Assembly (NCBI GenBank): GCA_951406725.2
Contig: OX597836.1
Span: 1,550,001 to 1,614,000, forward strand
Origin: Octopus vulgaris
Lineage: Eukaryota
Direction of reading: 5' to 3'
DNA: 64,000 nucleotides
The translations under genes and the position numbers were made by a program. Shown in pieces: positions 15,002-29,290 of the stretch (the stretch's first letter is position 1; each line of letters begins with the position of its first letter). Under the pieces are notes generated by a model. The model was not told where the DNA came from. It was given only the letters and a program-made list of their open reading frames with translations, and did not search any database.

Positions 15002-15177
15002 TTTATTTAAAGCAGCAGAAAATTTAACAAAAGCTGTTACTCTGATGAACGGCAACGGGAAACTCAGAGTAACAGGTTTTGTTGAATTTTCTGCTGCTTT
15101 AAATAAAGCATATTACTCTACCACTGGTATTTGCGTACTCTTTTTTCCACTTTGTTTCACATTTATGTGGTTACTCC

Positions 15178-15180
<3 letters not shown>
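15001..15180 (+). mobile_element. Penelope-like pseudo-LTR fragment with inverted 5' end, inserted in (TA)n
   Basis: (TA)n on both sides; 45-bp inverted arms (15001-15045 / 15064-15108, 2 mismatches); central hammerhead core; homologous to 47181-47300 on the minus strand. Confidence 0.7.
15042..15076 (+). ncRNA. Minimal hammerhead ribozyme core (5' strand of stem I displaced by the inversion)
   Basis: CTGATGA-acggcaacgg-GAAA, palindromic stem III ACTC-A-GAGT, GUA cleavage triplet, 3' stem-I strand ACAG. Confidence 0.65.
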
Positions 15181-15223
<43 letters not shown>

Positions 15224-15607
15224 ATTATGTATGTTTATCTGTGTGTGTACGCCCGTTGTGTGTGTTTGTACATACATGCATACATACATTCATTGATACA
15301 TACATACATACATGCACAAATACACTTGCGCGTGCGCAGACGCACGCATTCTTGTGACAAATCCCAATAAACACATCATTTGTTTCCTACAAATGTTTCG
15401 TTATTGTTGTTACTTTCAATCTCTGTTCTGCGTGCATTTGGACGCTGAAGCAGAACAGTTTATAAGAGGGACCCATTATCGTATTAACGAATAAGGGCGA
15501 GTGACACTGTGTATGTGTGTGATTGTGGCGATGATATTAATAATGCTGATAATGATGTTCATATGTAAAACCATCCGAGAGCAAGCACATCGTCGGTGTC
15601 AAGGTTG

Positions 15608-15738
15608 TCATCATCAACATCATCATCATCATCATCATCATCATCACCATCATCATCACCACCATCATCATCATCATCAACATCAACATCATTATCGTCA
15701 TCATCATCAACATCAACATCATCATCATCATCATCACT

Positions 15739-15770
<32 letters not shown>

Positions 15771-15810
15771 CACCAACATCATTATCGTCATCATCATCAA
15801 CATCATCATC

Positions 15811-15890
<80 letters not shown>

Positions 15891-15911
15891 CATCACCATC
15901 ATCGTCATCAC

Positions 15912-15943
<32 letters not shown>

Positions 15944-15972
15944 CCATCACCATCGTCGTCGTCGTCGTCGTT
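15608..15972. repeat. (CAT/CAC)n microsatellite with higher-order duplications
   Basis: Direct reading; source of the poly-H/S/M ORFs. Confidence 0.95.
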
Positions 15973-16331
15973 TTCGTCCTCGTCTTCATCATCACAATTA
16001 GTCGCAACGACCTACGGACAATTTTTTTTCCTCAACATATTTTTAGCCGCAAACGTAGGAACGTCAATGAAGCGGAAAAATTTCGCGGATGATTAACCAC
16101 AGGAGAAAGACACTGAAAAAGATGAAAGGGAAGAATGCGAAATAAAAAGAAAAAGGCAATAAAAATAACAAAAAAATATTAAAGAACCAAAAGAATCGGT
16201 AAGCAGACGAGGAAAGAAAATGTGAGAGACTTTGGGAGCGAGGGTAATGGTTAAAGGAAGGAAAGGAAAACAGAAAGAAGGAACTTGAAATCTTAGATAC
16301 AAAAATATTCTTAACTCATTATTTTGTAAGT

Positions 16332-16378
<47 letters not shown>

Positions 16379-17019
16379 TAGACACACAAACACGCACACA
16401 TTTGTATATATACGTTGAGGTACATATAAGCATTTCCTTGCACACTGACAGATATATATATGTATACATGGAAATAAGTGGGACGTGGAGGGGATCTTTA
16501 AAAACATATTGTTTTCGATTCGATGACCAGAGGCATTGTAACTGCATAAATATATCTGTACCTCTGCCGTTTAGTCAGAGTATGTGCATACACACACACA
16601 CACACATATATATATATACATAATCATATATATATATATATACACATATACATATACATATATACACATATGCATATATATATATATATGTTTGTGTGTG
16701 TGTGACACAAAGACATAGATACATAGAAAAATATATGTATATTCGCCCACACAAACGCACAGACACACATGTGAAAGAAAATATTTTCTCCTCCATTTTT
16801 CTCTGTACGCCTATCAAAAGTGTTGACGAAGTGTGGACGTGCCAATAGGAAAGCGATTTCGTGAATAGCTGTGGTGTTGTTTTCATGGTTTCGTTAAATG
16901 GGTCATTTAGAAGATTTTTATTGTCCATTAGGTAGCTTCTCCAGTTTGGTGTTGGTTGATCTCTGTACTTGTTATAAGACAATGAAAGTGAACAGGTTGC
17001 CGGACTTCGGTGTGAAACA

Positions 17020-17390
17020 GAACTTCTTCTTCGATAATGTAAATTTTAATGACTGACTGCGAGATCTGCTGATTAATGGACTGTGTTTTCGGACTGGAAC
17101 AGCATCGATCTGCTGCTTATTTCCGACAGCTTGATCAACTGATTGCTATCTTACGCTCTTCAGATTAAACAACATCGATGTCACGTCCATTATTGACAGC
17201 TGCGTGAACTTATAAGTAGAGCCTGGACCTGAGATAGAGCCACATAGATCTGGTACCTATTAATGACAGGTAGGGGAAATGATTGGTGGAATCTCTCTGC
17301 TATCTCTTCCTGACAGTCAGGTGATGTGATGGCTGAACTTTGGTTTGACATGGAACCACATAGATCTCAGAATTATTTCTTACAACTAGA
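17020..17390. repeat. Highly diverged ~70-bp tandem repeat (~6 units)
   Basis: cat(c/a)gat at 17103, 17173, 17243, 17359 (variant cttcgat at 17029), each followed 22 nt later by gacag or a variant (17051, 17125, 17195, 17265, 17381); an extra gacag at 17312 marks one shortened unit. Confidence 0.6.
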
Positions 17391-17913
17391 ATGAGGGATT
17401 ACCCCAATATATAATGGTCTTCAAGAAATTACAAGGCTGGAGTTTGAATCGAATGTCACGAACTTTGGTGGCTGTTATTTATTTTATTTCGATATATTTC
17501 TCTAAATCTGTTTTTTCTTTTTTGAGTACCGTATGACATTGTTATTCATGTCAGACATTACGTCTCAATTCTTATATATATATATATATATGTGTGTGTA
17601 TGTATGTATGTATATGTATGTATATATGTATGTATATATATTTATGAATATATATATACATATATATATATACTTACTTCGAAATGGATGCATGGCGTTG
17701 AAGTAAATAATAATATAAATAATACACCCCACACATACATATGTGCACATATAGTTAAAGGACCTCACCAACTGTAAGCAACATGAAGTACGGAAACAAA
17801 TGAGTTGAATACACAAACAACGAGAGAAACAAATGGGAAACAGGACAAGTAACACAAAGAACGACCCTTCATCAGTTGTCAGCTGTCTATCTACTCCTCA
17901 TTTCGAGCATTCG

Positions 17914-17958
<45 letters not shown>

Positions 17959-17959
<1 letters not shown>

Positions 17960-18108
17960 CGATGGGCTCCTTGCAGCTTCCCTGCACCAAATCCAGTTGC
18001 ACGACTTTGGCCTGTTCGAGTACTCTTGTCCTAAGTGCCGTGCAGTGGAACTGAACCCGAAACTATGTGTTTGGCAAGCAAGCTTCTTAGCAGAGAACCA
18101 CGTCTGCT
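17959..18108 (-). mobile_element. SINE family C, degenerate 5' half
   Basis: tacgatgggctcctt...accaaatcc...cttgtcctaagtgccgtgcagtggaactgaacccgaaactatgtg...agcaagcttctta matches the reverse-complemented family C head. Confidence 0.7.
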
Positions 18109-18760
18109 CCAAAACATATTTCTGTGCGTCTCTGCATATGTGTGCGTGTGTGCGTGCGCAGTTGTTTGCGAGTGTGTGTGTGTGTCTGTGTTCTCATCAA
18201 ATATTTCGCAGCACATGCCTCTGCACTCACGTACAAGAAAACAGACCGCTACCACGATGCTCTTTTTGAAGCCTCCCAGGCATTAAGGGCCAGGTCAGAA
18301 ATCCTTCTTCCCCCTCATCTTCCTCTCACTTTCAGTCTCTTCTTGACATTCTCTCTGTTTCTCTCTGATTCCTCAATAAATCAACGGAATTGAGAGCTAA
18401 CAATATAATTCTTTCCGGTTCTTAAGCTGTTCTGAAAGGTGGAGTGATCTTGGTGAGTTTTGTGATGTGAAGAAGGACCACAAAATGTTTTATAATGTTT
18501 TATAACCTCGCAAACGCCTACGTATGTGCGCATACATGCTGTCAAGTATGCGCTTATACGCATACATGCATGCACCCATGTACACAATATATACATATAT
18601 AGATGAATACACACACACATACACACCTATATATGCATGTATGTATATCTATTATATGCATATATATGTATATATATGTGTGTGTCTGTGTATTTATATA
18701 TATGTATATATAGATGTATGTATTTATATATATATATATATAGCTGCGTACGTACACATT

Positions 18761-18838
<78 letters not shown>

Positions 18839-19567
18839 CATACACCTATATAATGATATATAAATGTAAGATCCAGAGATCCAAGTGTAGGAGGTTCGTA
18901 AGCACCGAGCAGAAAGTAGAAGACACAAAAAGAAACTTCCAGGAATAATACAAGTTTATTGGCACATAAGGTTGTAAATTTTTCCCAAATCCAACCAAGT
19001 TCGATAACCTAAAAAAATTTACTTTATGAATCACGGTTAACAACTGAGGTTGTTGTGAATGGGAATATATTTCTATGAAATCTCCTGCGAGTTAACTTAG
19101 GATCTCTTGACCACAACGTGACCTTCATTTGTCTAAGGTATTTTTTATCAATCGGCCTAATGAGTAGCTAGGTAAGCACCCCTCGTTCCATAATTACTAC
19201 TCCCCAAGTTTTGCTTGCTAAGAAACACATGCAGCATGAATTTTATCTGCTCCACTCTCTAAATGTGGATATATATATATATACAAAATAAGAAAATGGA
19301 GAAATACATCCAAATCAAATATCAATTACCAGATAATACCCAATCACATACTTTATTAAACCACCACATAACAAACTTCAAGGTCCTCCATTTTCTTATT
19401 TTGTATTATGAATTTGTGGTAAAACATTTTACCTTTGCCCATATAATACAGTAAATGAATTAATTGCATCGCAGTTCTTAACATTTATGTATTAACTTTG
19501 TGGGGTACTTCACTAGCAGTATATTGGATATATGTTATCCCATAGAGGTTTCCTTTACATATATATA

Positions 19568-19638
<71 letters not shown>

Positions 19639-19679
19639 TATATATATATGTATGTATATATATACATATATATATATAT

Positions 19680-19890
19680 GTGTGTTTGTGTCTTTGAGTT
19701 ATGTCCCCACCACAACATGAAATGTTGCAGTGCTTCGGTCCCCGTAACTTAGTGTTTCGGCAACTAGATTTATACAACGAATGCCAAGCTCAAAGGGAAA
19801 GTCTTGGGGTCGATTTGATTTTCTACAAATTCTTCGAATCGGTGTTCCAGCATGGTCGTAATCTAATGATTGTACCAAGTAAAAACCATA
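19680..19890 (+). mobile_element. SINE family C, 3' half
   Basis: gtccccgtaacttag...gtcttggggtcgatttg...ggtgttccagcatggtcg. Confidence 0.7.
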
Positions 19891-20680
19891 AAACGGGTAC
19901 ATAAAGCACAGTCGCCCCAGACGCGGCCACCAACGACACATAACATCATCACCACCACCACAACCACTACCAGTAAGATCAGCGAAAGCTCAGCCCCGCT
20001 ACAATCACAGCAAACCCGACAACCATTGCGAACCATTCAAGAACCACCAGCAAATCTAGAAGCAGCCCAACCGATTCCATTCCAACACTATCAGCATCAA
20101 CAGACACCGGCACCGTTGCTAGAACCACCGCAACAAGCGCCAAACACTGTCGCAATAAATGCCACCATTCGCCGCCGCCGACGCCGAAACCACTGCCATC
20201 AACCAACACCACCAACAACACCACCACCACCAACAACAACAACACCACCACCGCCAACAACAACACCACTACAGACGCCATCAGCCCCCTCCCCCACCAC
20301 CACCACAACAGCTAAAGCCATAACACATCGCTCTCTCAATCACATGATTCCCTTTGATCTTCACTAACAACTTTACAGTAACACCTTCTGTGGGTTGCGC
20401 GCGTGTGAAGAGGTGTGTGTGTGTGTGTGCGTGTGTGTGTGTCCGTTAGAGAGTGTGTGAAACTGAGAGTGTGTGAATGTGTGTATGTCCGCATTAAATA
20501 CATAAAATCACAAATGGATATACATACATACATACATACATGCATGTGTTATTTATGTATATATATGTATATATATATTTACATATATGTATGTATGTGT
20601 ATATGTAAATATATATGTATATCTATACATATATATACATAAATAACACATGCATGCATACATACACACACACGTATATA

Positions 20681-20720
<40 letters not shown>

Positions 20721-21415
20721 CACACACATATATATGCACTTATCATGTATATCATGTTCACGTATATATGTATATAAATCTATATTTATATATATGTAAT
20801 ATATATATATATATATATACATACATATATATATATATATATACATACATATATATGATATATACATCTATATATGCACATGTATATATGTATAAATATG
20901 CATGTACGCATGTAAGCTCATACACCTTCACTCCAGTATAGATATGTGAATGCTTTTAGGTGTTTACGCAGTACAACGGTTTACACCTGAGATACACAGC
21001 CACATATGCAAGAAGATAGTCAGACACACACACACACACACACACACATGCACACATACACCCACTATTACTCACACACACATGCACAACTACAAGCACA
21101 GTGAAGAATCTGTCGGTGTATATATATATATATAACTACACGAACGTGCTGCCAAAGTGTGGCTTATGTCAAACGCATTACACGCTACTGGACTAATAAC
21201 AGAGTCAGAGAATCTGGAGACGCATAATGTTTAGACCATGATGCACTAATTATACACACACTGGTATACAGCCGGACACACTTGTATCCACACACACGCA
21301 CATACATGCATACACGCATATATATACACAAGTATACAAACACAGATAAACATTTACACAAAAATACACACAATAACATTTGAGAATGGTTTACACACTT
21401 CACTTCGCTTCGCAG

Positions 21416-21509
<94 letters not shown>

Positions 21510-21514
21510 ATATA

Positions 21515-21550
<36 letters not shown>

Positions 21551-21835
21551 TAGAAGGACACACGGATATGTGAATGTATATAAATATAGGTATACATGTT
21601 GTACACACACAAGCCCACACACATGTATATATACGTATATAGTGTATGTTTGTGTGCATATATATATATATGTACCTATGCATATAAACATACATCTATA
21701 TATCATATATATATATATATAAATTTATGTACATATTCATATACAAATAGTATACGTAAGTATCTATATATATGTACATGTATATATATACATACATGTA
21801 TATGTATACATACACATATATATACATATACATGT

Positions 21836-21884
<49 letters not shown>

Positions 21885-22119
21885 TATATGTACACTGACA
21901 TACATATACACATAGAATACTTACACACACATATTCTATACATACACTGGTGCGTAGTGTTCTCTCTTTATTTTGTCTGTCCGTTCGTCGCAATAGAAGT
22001 GCTGTTAAGTGGGACTAATTAGAAGGTACCCCTGGGGTGTAAAACGGGTAAGATGGAAATCAAAGGGAATTCGATCAATCGATCTGTTGGTCATTAAAAA
22101 CAAAAGCACCCAATAAACA

Positions 22120-22285
22120 ATATCATCACCATCATCATCGTCATCATCATCAACATCATAATCATCATCATCATCATGACCATAATTATCATCGCCATGA
22201 TTACCATCACCTCAGTATCATGAATATAATTATCATCATTATTATACCTAGTAGTAAGAGTAGTTAAATAATAATAATAATAATG

Positions 22286-22373
<88 letters not shown>

Positions 22374-22886
22374 TGATAACAATAATAACAATGATGATGA
22401 TGATGATGACGTCAATATTCTCCTCATAATCTCCATCATCATTGTGATCATCATCAATTAACATCTTATCATTACTATCATCTTTTATTCGTTGGCAGTA
22501 GCACCATCACCGCAACTGTTCCCCCTCCGCCTGTACCTCCTGTTCTAACTCCTCCTCCGCTTCCTCCGCATCGTCGTCGTCGCCGTTGTCGTCATCATCA
22601 TCAACATCAGAAATAATTATCGTGGAAGGAATACTAATACCATCACCACCACCACCACCACCACCACCACCACCACCACGACTGTCACTACCACCACCAT
22701 CGCCGCCATTGTCTTAACTACCATCGCAATCACGAAACCGCGCATCATCATCATCATCATCACAGCAATCGTATATTGCCACCAAAACTCATCACCGCTG
22801 GCGTAAGACATGAAAGACGCCCCTGCCCCAGCATCAACAGCATCACTGTCGTCAACATCATCATCATCGTCTATGCTACCACCACT

Positions 22887-22947
<61 letters not shown>

Positions 22948-22975
22948 CCATCATCATCATCATCGTCATCATCAC

Positions 22976-23017
<42 letters not shown>

Positions 23018-23109
23018 TATCATCATCGTTGTCATCATCATCATCATCATCGTTGTCATCATCATTATCGTTGTCATCATCATCATCGTTGTCATCATCA
23101 TCGTTGTTG

Positions 23110-23144
<35 letters not shown>

Positions 23145-23760
23145 TTTGCTACCCTTACCATCATCATCATCGTCGTCGTCGTCATCATCATCATCATCGA
23201 TTCATTAATGTCATCAACATAATCACTTGTCCATAACCAAACAACTGTTTTGAAAACGATCGTCAGAAGCAGTTCTTCTCCCACCATTACCCACCGCCAT
23301 GACAACCACCCCCATCTTCACCAACGCCCTCTCCGCCAGTAATACGAACCTCCATCACTCCCACCACTACCAGTAACAACAACCACAGCAACCCCCCACC
23401 ACTCCAATGCCACTGCAGTCTTCACCACCATCAGCAACGCTGCCACCGCCATCATGTCCAGCAAACCTGACCCACACTAAAAGGACCACTATTGCTAACA
23501 GCCCCAGTATGCACACAACCACTCCCGCTGCCATCACGACCACCACGACCACCACCTCCGCCGCTACCATCATCATCGCTACCATGTTCATCATTACCAC
23601 CATCACCATCAACATCATCACCACCACTACCACTGTAACCTCACTACCACTACTACCACTACTGCTACTACTCCCACTGCCATCACCAATACCACCACCA
23701 CCATCACCTCCGCCAACACCGCAACCATCCACACCATCACTACCACTCAAGAAAAACATG
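22120..23760. repeat. Long compound low-complexity tract (CAT, AAT, CAC, CCA triplets)
   Basis: Direct reading. Confidence 0.9.
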
Positions 23761-24432
23761 GCAACGAGTTTCATTAGAAAGCCGACATCACAACATTCTT
23801 TAATTTAGGTTTTGTTCTTTATTCCTATAAAATATTTTAATTGTATAAAATTCATTAATTCTTTCATTATACAAGTTGATTAGTTTACAAAGGGAAACTG
23901 GGGAAAGAAGAAGAAGAAGAAAAACAGCGAAGGAAATATAAGCGAAAAAAAGAAAGAACGAAAGAAATGAACGAAGGACACGGCGAAGAAAAATGGGACA
24001 AATCTGGAAATAAGGGAGAAAGCAATGAAAAGTTAAAAGTAATAAAGGTAAAGGGGACAAAATATGGGATAAGGGACATAAAAATAATAGAAGGGGATGT
24101 AGAGAATAGAGGACAAAGAAAAAATAGGGAACGAAAGGGGACAAAATAGAGAATAAAAGAGGCACATCAGGTGATGGAGGATAAAAATGGGAAAAGAGGT
24201 GAAAAGAAGGAACAGAAGACAATGCGAGAATCAGGGGACAGAGTAAGAAATAAAGAAGAACAGAGAAAAATGTTGCCGAAGAAATTTGTGAGGAGGGGCA
24301 GCCATGGCGTTGAAAGAGCGATGAGAAAAATACCTGAGATGCGTTTACCTTTGAAGAACTTATTGCCAACTCTTCGGGGGACCACGCTGAACCGGGAAAA
24401 GCTAATGTGATTTGTTTCTGGTAGATAATACT

Positions 24433-24590
24433 GATTTCAAGTTTGGGTACGAGGCCAGCAATTTCAGAGGATGTGGTGGGTCGATTACATCGACCCCAAT
24501 ATTTAGCTGGTACTTATTTTAACGACCTCGAAAGGATGAAAGTCAAATCGACTGCATTTGAACTCAGAACGTTGAGACGGACGAAATGCT
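24433..24590 (-). mobile_element. SINE family B (head truncated)
   Basis: gtcgattacatcgacccc...ggtacttatttt...gaaaggatgaaag...tttgaactcagaacg. Confidence 0.8.
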
Positions 24591-24841
24591 TCTTTTCTTT
24601 TAGAGAAATATTGTCCTCTGTTGGTATTGATACATCGATTAGAAAGCTTCTTTTTTTTTCTTGGTAATCTCTGACAACAATATCCGGTCAATTGTCCTTA
24701 ATTTCTTTATGTGTATGTATTGGTATTTCGCAGATTATGGTTGCTTTCTCATTGTATGTGACCTTTTCTGGCGTGTGCCTATCTTTTCTCCTTTAGTCAT
24801 TCCATAGTGTTGGCATAGCTTCTAATGTATATAGATCCAAC

Positions 24842-24842
<1 letters not shown>
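24590..24842 (-). pseudogene. R4/Dong-like non-LTR retrotransposon fragment: restriction-like endonuclease domain
   Basis: Minus-strand translation across a frameshift and stops: YIH*KLCQHYG...RHTPEKVTYNEKATIICEIPIHTHKEIKDN*PDIVVRDYQEKKRSFLIDVSIPTEDNISLKEKE (PD...D RLE motif); abuts (TTA)n. Confidence 0.8.
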
Positions 24843-24901
<59 letters not shown>

Positions 24902-24934
24902 CATCATCATCATCAACATTATGTTTGTTATTAT

Positions 24935-25105
24935 TAAGGTGACGAGCTGACAAAACTGTTAAAACGCCAGACAAAATGCTTAGCAGCATTTCGTTGATAA
25001 TTAGGTTCTGAGCAGACATTTTACCGAGGTCGACTGGTGTCGATATAATCGACTTCACCCCTCCCCTAAAATTTCAGGCCTTGTGCCTATAATAGAAAAC
25101 AGTAT
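24935..25105 (+). mobile_element. SINE family B with internal deletion
   Basis: taaggtgacgagctgacaaaactgtt...aaatgcttagcagcatttcg...ccgaggtcgac|tggtgtcgatataatcgac...aggccttgtgcctataatagaaa. Confidence 0.8.
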
Positions 25106-26229
25106 TATTGACTGAGTGGATTTGCTTACAGCTCGTTTTTGAAACAAAACAATTTACTATATAAAAGAGTTTTTATCAAAAATAGTCTGTGATAGCCTCA
25201 GGAAGTGAGCAGTTTTTTACTCACAGGAGTTGATAAAAGTAAGAATAAAGCCAGAAAAATTCAACTTTCTGTTTTATTTTTGGGCAAGATTTTATCTTTT
25301 CCTTCAAGTCACCGACAAACGAAACCAATGTCCTTGAAAATAGTTCCCGCCACGCCCCAAAACGAAATCTGAAAAAGTAGAATTTGACATATTTCTCGCA
25401 ATCTGAAAATAGAAATAAATTCGTAAAATAAGTAAATAAAATAAATAAATAAATAAATAAATAAATAAATGAATAAATAAGTAAATAAATAAAGACTGCT
25501 TTTTACTACTATTTTAATTGCAACACGAAAATTAGAAGAGTAACGAACTACAAACGCTAAAAGTTTAATGTCAAATTAGAATATGCTGAGTGGAAACGTG
25601 ACCAACATTACACACACAGGCACAAACACACACACACACACACACACACATACACACACACAGAGGCACAGACACACATACACACACACACACAATACAC
25701 GCAGACATACAGATACACAAGGTGAGAGACATTACCAAAGCACTCCCGTTCCTCCCTCCCCCATCATCATCATCATCATCATCATCCTGGTGGTATTGTC
25801 GTTCGCTTCACACATTGCACGTCACCGCGCTGTGCACGACGTTCACTTTATAGAAATGCTAGGCTGCGATTGTCTGCGATTGTCCTTCCCTGCTTTTCGG
25901 TCGAGCGTCGTTTCTTGATAATGTTTTGTCTGTTTGCATAGAACCTGCGCAATGTGATATCATTTATTAAGTTTCATGGTCTTTGTGTTTCGTAGTTGTG
26001 TGCGAGGTATGTTATGTATTTTGCCTCGGAGGGAGGATGACATTTCATGTGTATTGCACGAATGGTGCTTTGTGGTGTAGTAGCGGTGGTGTTTGCATAT
26101 AGACTAGTAGTTCTCAGACAGACAAATAAAGGACTCCACTCTTGTAAAACCTGGCCAAATATTTTCGCGGCTGTCACCTCTTTGTTAGGGGGTCTGACAA
26201 GTAGAAACATTTTCGAAATTTTATAACTG

Positions 26230-26905
26230 GTTTCAAATTTCGCTCCAAGAACAGCAGTTTCGGTAAAGAGTCAATTACATCCACTCCAGTGCTCAACTGG
26301 TACTTATTTTATCGGTCCCCAAAAGGATGAACGGCTAAGCCGACCTCGGTGGAATTTGAACTCAGAACGTAAATATAAACAAAGTGCCGCTAATCATTTT
26401 TTTGCCCGGCGTGCCAAAATTGCTGACAGTTGGCTGTCTTAAACCTTGATAGAGAACTCTGACCCAAGGCGAGCCCGTTCGGCAGATGGGATAAGTCGAT
26501 TACTTAAACCCCCCAGTGTTCAACTGGGACTTATTTTATCGACCCCGAAAGGACGAAAAGCAAAGTTAACCTCGGTGGCATGTGAACTAAGAAGGCAAAG
26601 TTAGAAGAAATGCGACCAAGTATTTTTTCCGGCATGCCAAACGATTGTGCCAGTTCGGCGCCTTAAACTTTATTAATATTATAAGATATGGTAAGGCAGC
26701 TGGCAGAATCGTTATCGCGTCGGAAAAAAAATTTCTCTTGCTGCATTTTTTCCGTCTTCACGTTCGGAATTCAAATTCCGTCGAGGTCTACTTTGCCCTT
26801 CATCTTTTTGGGGTCGATAAATTAAGTACCATTTGCGAACTTTGGTCGATATAATCAAGTTATACTTTCCTCCGAAACTGTTGCCCTTGTGCCAAAATTT
26901 GAAAT
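26230..26905. mobile_element. Cluster of three SINE family B copies (-, -, +)
   Basis: Minus copies at ~26230-26442 and ~26458-26665, plus copy at ~26692-26905, all with the family B central motif. Confidence 0.85.
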
Positions 26906-29095
26906 ATATATTATTAGACATGCTACCTTATCTTTTCTCTCTGTCAATCCTCTTTGTTCTTGCTCAAGGAAGAGCTGGTCCCCAAGGGACAAATATGTGT
27001 GTAGCTATTTGCTCTTTGCGTTGTTTGATGTTATTAGTTTGAAATTACATAGAGTATGCTTGAAAAAAAAAAGTGGGGGTTTGTGTCAATTGTAGGTTAT
27101 AGTAATAACCTTACAATTTTGGGTGAAAATAATTCTATGCGGTCTATAGAATTATAAACCTTCGATTCCGGTTTCAATTCAATCCTTTTGCATCACAATT
27201 TCACTGAGTGACTTCAACAAATGCTTTAACTTAACCAAAGCATTTGCGAATGCAATTTAGCTTAAGAAAATTGTTTGGAAAACCTGTTTCTGCTTTTCTT
27301 AAACGGAATCCATACCTTCGTGTAGCACCACCACAAGCTGGTCTTTGGTTATTTCTAGCAGAATTCGGAACTGTTTTTTTCTTTTTTATCTGAGCTGTCC
27401 TTTTTCCTTTCGTTGCACAGGTATTGAATGCTACGCTGCCTCCGTTCATTTTACGGTGGTAATTATTGCTAATTTCAAGAATGTTTCCACATCTACTCTT
27501 AATTGAAGAAGCAGCAAAACAACTCATTCCTTCCAACCATACTGTCCCAAACAACATTAAGAGTCAACAAAAGGCTTGATTGTCATGGAAGGAATGCGTT
27601 TAGCAATATATCAGAATTAATTTAAGATTAACGAACCAGAATGTTAAATGCAAGTAAATGAGGAGGAGGAAGAAAAAAGAACAACAAGGATGAAGTCCAC
27701 AACGCATCTTTTTCTTTTGTTATTCTTCCGTTCCATTCTGTGCAGTCTTTTCTGAAGTCTGCCAGAACTTTTGTCCATCCTGCCACCGAATTACTGCCAC
27801 AGCTCTCATGACAATTCGTTATCTCATGTCTTTTTGTTCCTTATCTCATTTTTTTAATATATATATATTTTTTTAATGATTTCTTTTCTTTCATTTTTTA
27901 GTTTACTTCCAACTTGAAGCATGGCGGTTTATTATGTAAAATAATTATTCGAAGTGATTTTTATAAGTTCTGTTATAGGACGTGCATTTGGTGGTAAAGC
28001 TTGGCGTGTGCGTCTGGCTTCATGTTGCTTTTTGAATATTGTTCTTCGTTTATCACTGCAACATTCCTTTCCACTTTGTTCAACGGCTCTGTCTGAATTA
28101 TGTACGATATACGTGTTGAAGTTATTGTCTTAATTTTTATAAATAGCAACTATTAATAACAATTTTTGGCAGGAGATTGAGCATTGTAGGTTCGGAGATG
28201 TGGTTTATGTATTTGTGGAGTTTATCGCTGTTTGGTTGAGATATCTGTCTACAGCACAAGTTTATTATTGATAAATTCTTGTTTGGTTGATGTAGTTATT
28301 CAACACGTTAATACACACACGTATATATACATATATACATACATGCATACATATAAATATGCGTACATACACATAAATATGCATTTGGGTATGTATGCAT
28401 GTACATATTATATACATATACAGATTAGATGCCGGAATCACTAGAATCTTGGAGCAGTAACACGTAGGACGCCAGGGTTGGCTTGGTACCATAAAACTGA
28501 GTACACAGTGAGGTAAAAGAAGCACGAGGTATCATGGTTGATAGTGCACTGCAGATATGTATATACGTAGGTACCAACTCCAAAATAAACCGTAGATACA
28601 ACTCATGGTTAGTTCCAGATGTGATCTTCGTAGAAAAAAATAACAGAAATTTTGGTTTAAAAGTTACCTCACGTCTTTCGGTAGGATTTTATTTGTGTAT
28701 TCGAAGATTACATCATAGCACACACATACAGACACACACAGAACATATATATTAGTGTATCTTTGTATGTGTGTGTCGGCGTGTGTGTATGTATATACAT
28801 ATATAAATGCATGTGGCTATGAAAGCTATCTAATGGGCGATAATATATACGTCTTCGGCAGAGTGATTTGGTGTTAAGTCTTTCAAACTTATGTCTAAGA
28901 CTGGGCTCGTACTTCCATTCTGAAAATATTGATTGAATTTGTGTGCTTATATAGAATTAAATTGCTTTCCGTTATGGCTGCTCTAATATTTATAGAATTT
29001 CTCAACTATAATCTGGAGGATATCTTCTATATAAATTTCAGTTGGTGCCTGATACATCATGGTACCTAATAGGACAGACTACATTGCTTAACTTG

Positions 29096-29290
29096 ATTTC
29101 AAATTGTGGCACAAGTCCAGCTATTTTGGGCGAGTGGGTAACATCGACCCCAGTGATCAAACGCTACTTATTTTATCGACTTCGAAGCGATGAAAGGCAA
29201 AGCTCGACGGAATCTTTCCTGAAAACGCAAAGACGAACGTGATGCCGCTAAGCAGTTTTGCTCGGCGTGCTACCGAACCTGGCAGCTTAA
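29096..29290 (-). mobile_element. SINE family B
   Basis: tttcaaattgtggcacaagtccag...catcgaccccagtg...tacttattttatcgac...gatgaaaggcaaag. Confidence 0.8.

Noticed and set aside
15501-16096. His-, Ser- and Met-rich ORFs
   Set aside because: Open in several frames and on both strands because of (CAT)n
17020-17390. CRISPR array or LRR exon
   Set aside because: Eukaryotic context, repeats far too degenerate, no cas genes; the 70-bp period breaks frame and stops are frequent
19870-20367. 165-aa Pro/Thr/Gln-rich mucin-like ORF
   Set aside because: Starts inside a SINE tail and consists of decayed (CCA/CAA)n; no domain or splice support
23880-24330. Purine-rich tract with a hydrophobic 189-aa antisense ORF
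   Set aside because: Low-complexity GA/AAG composition explains the ORF
27398-27460. Plus-strand acceptor-like tcctttttcctttcgttgcacag
   Set aside because: No convincing donor or coding continuation
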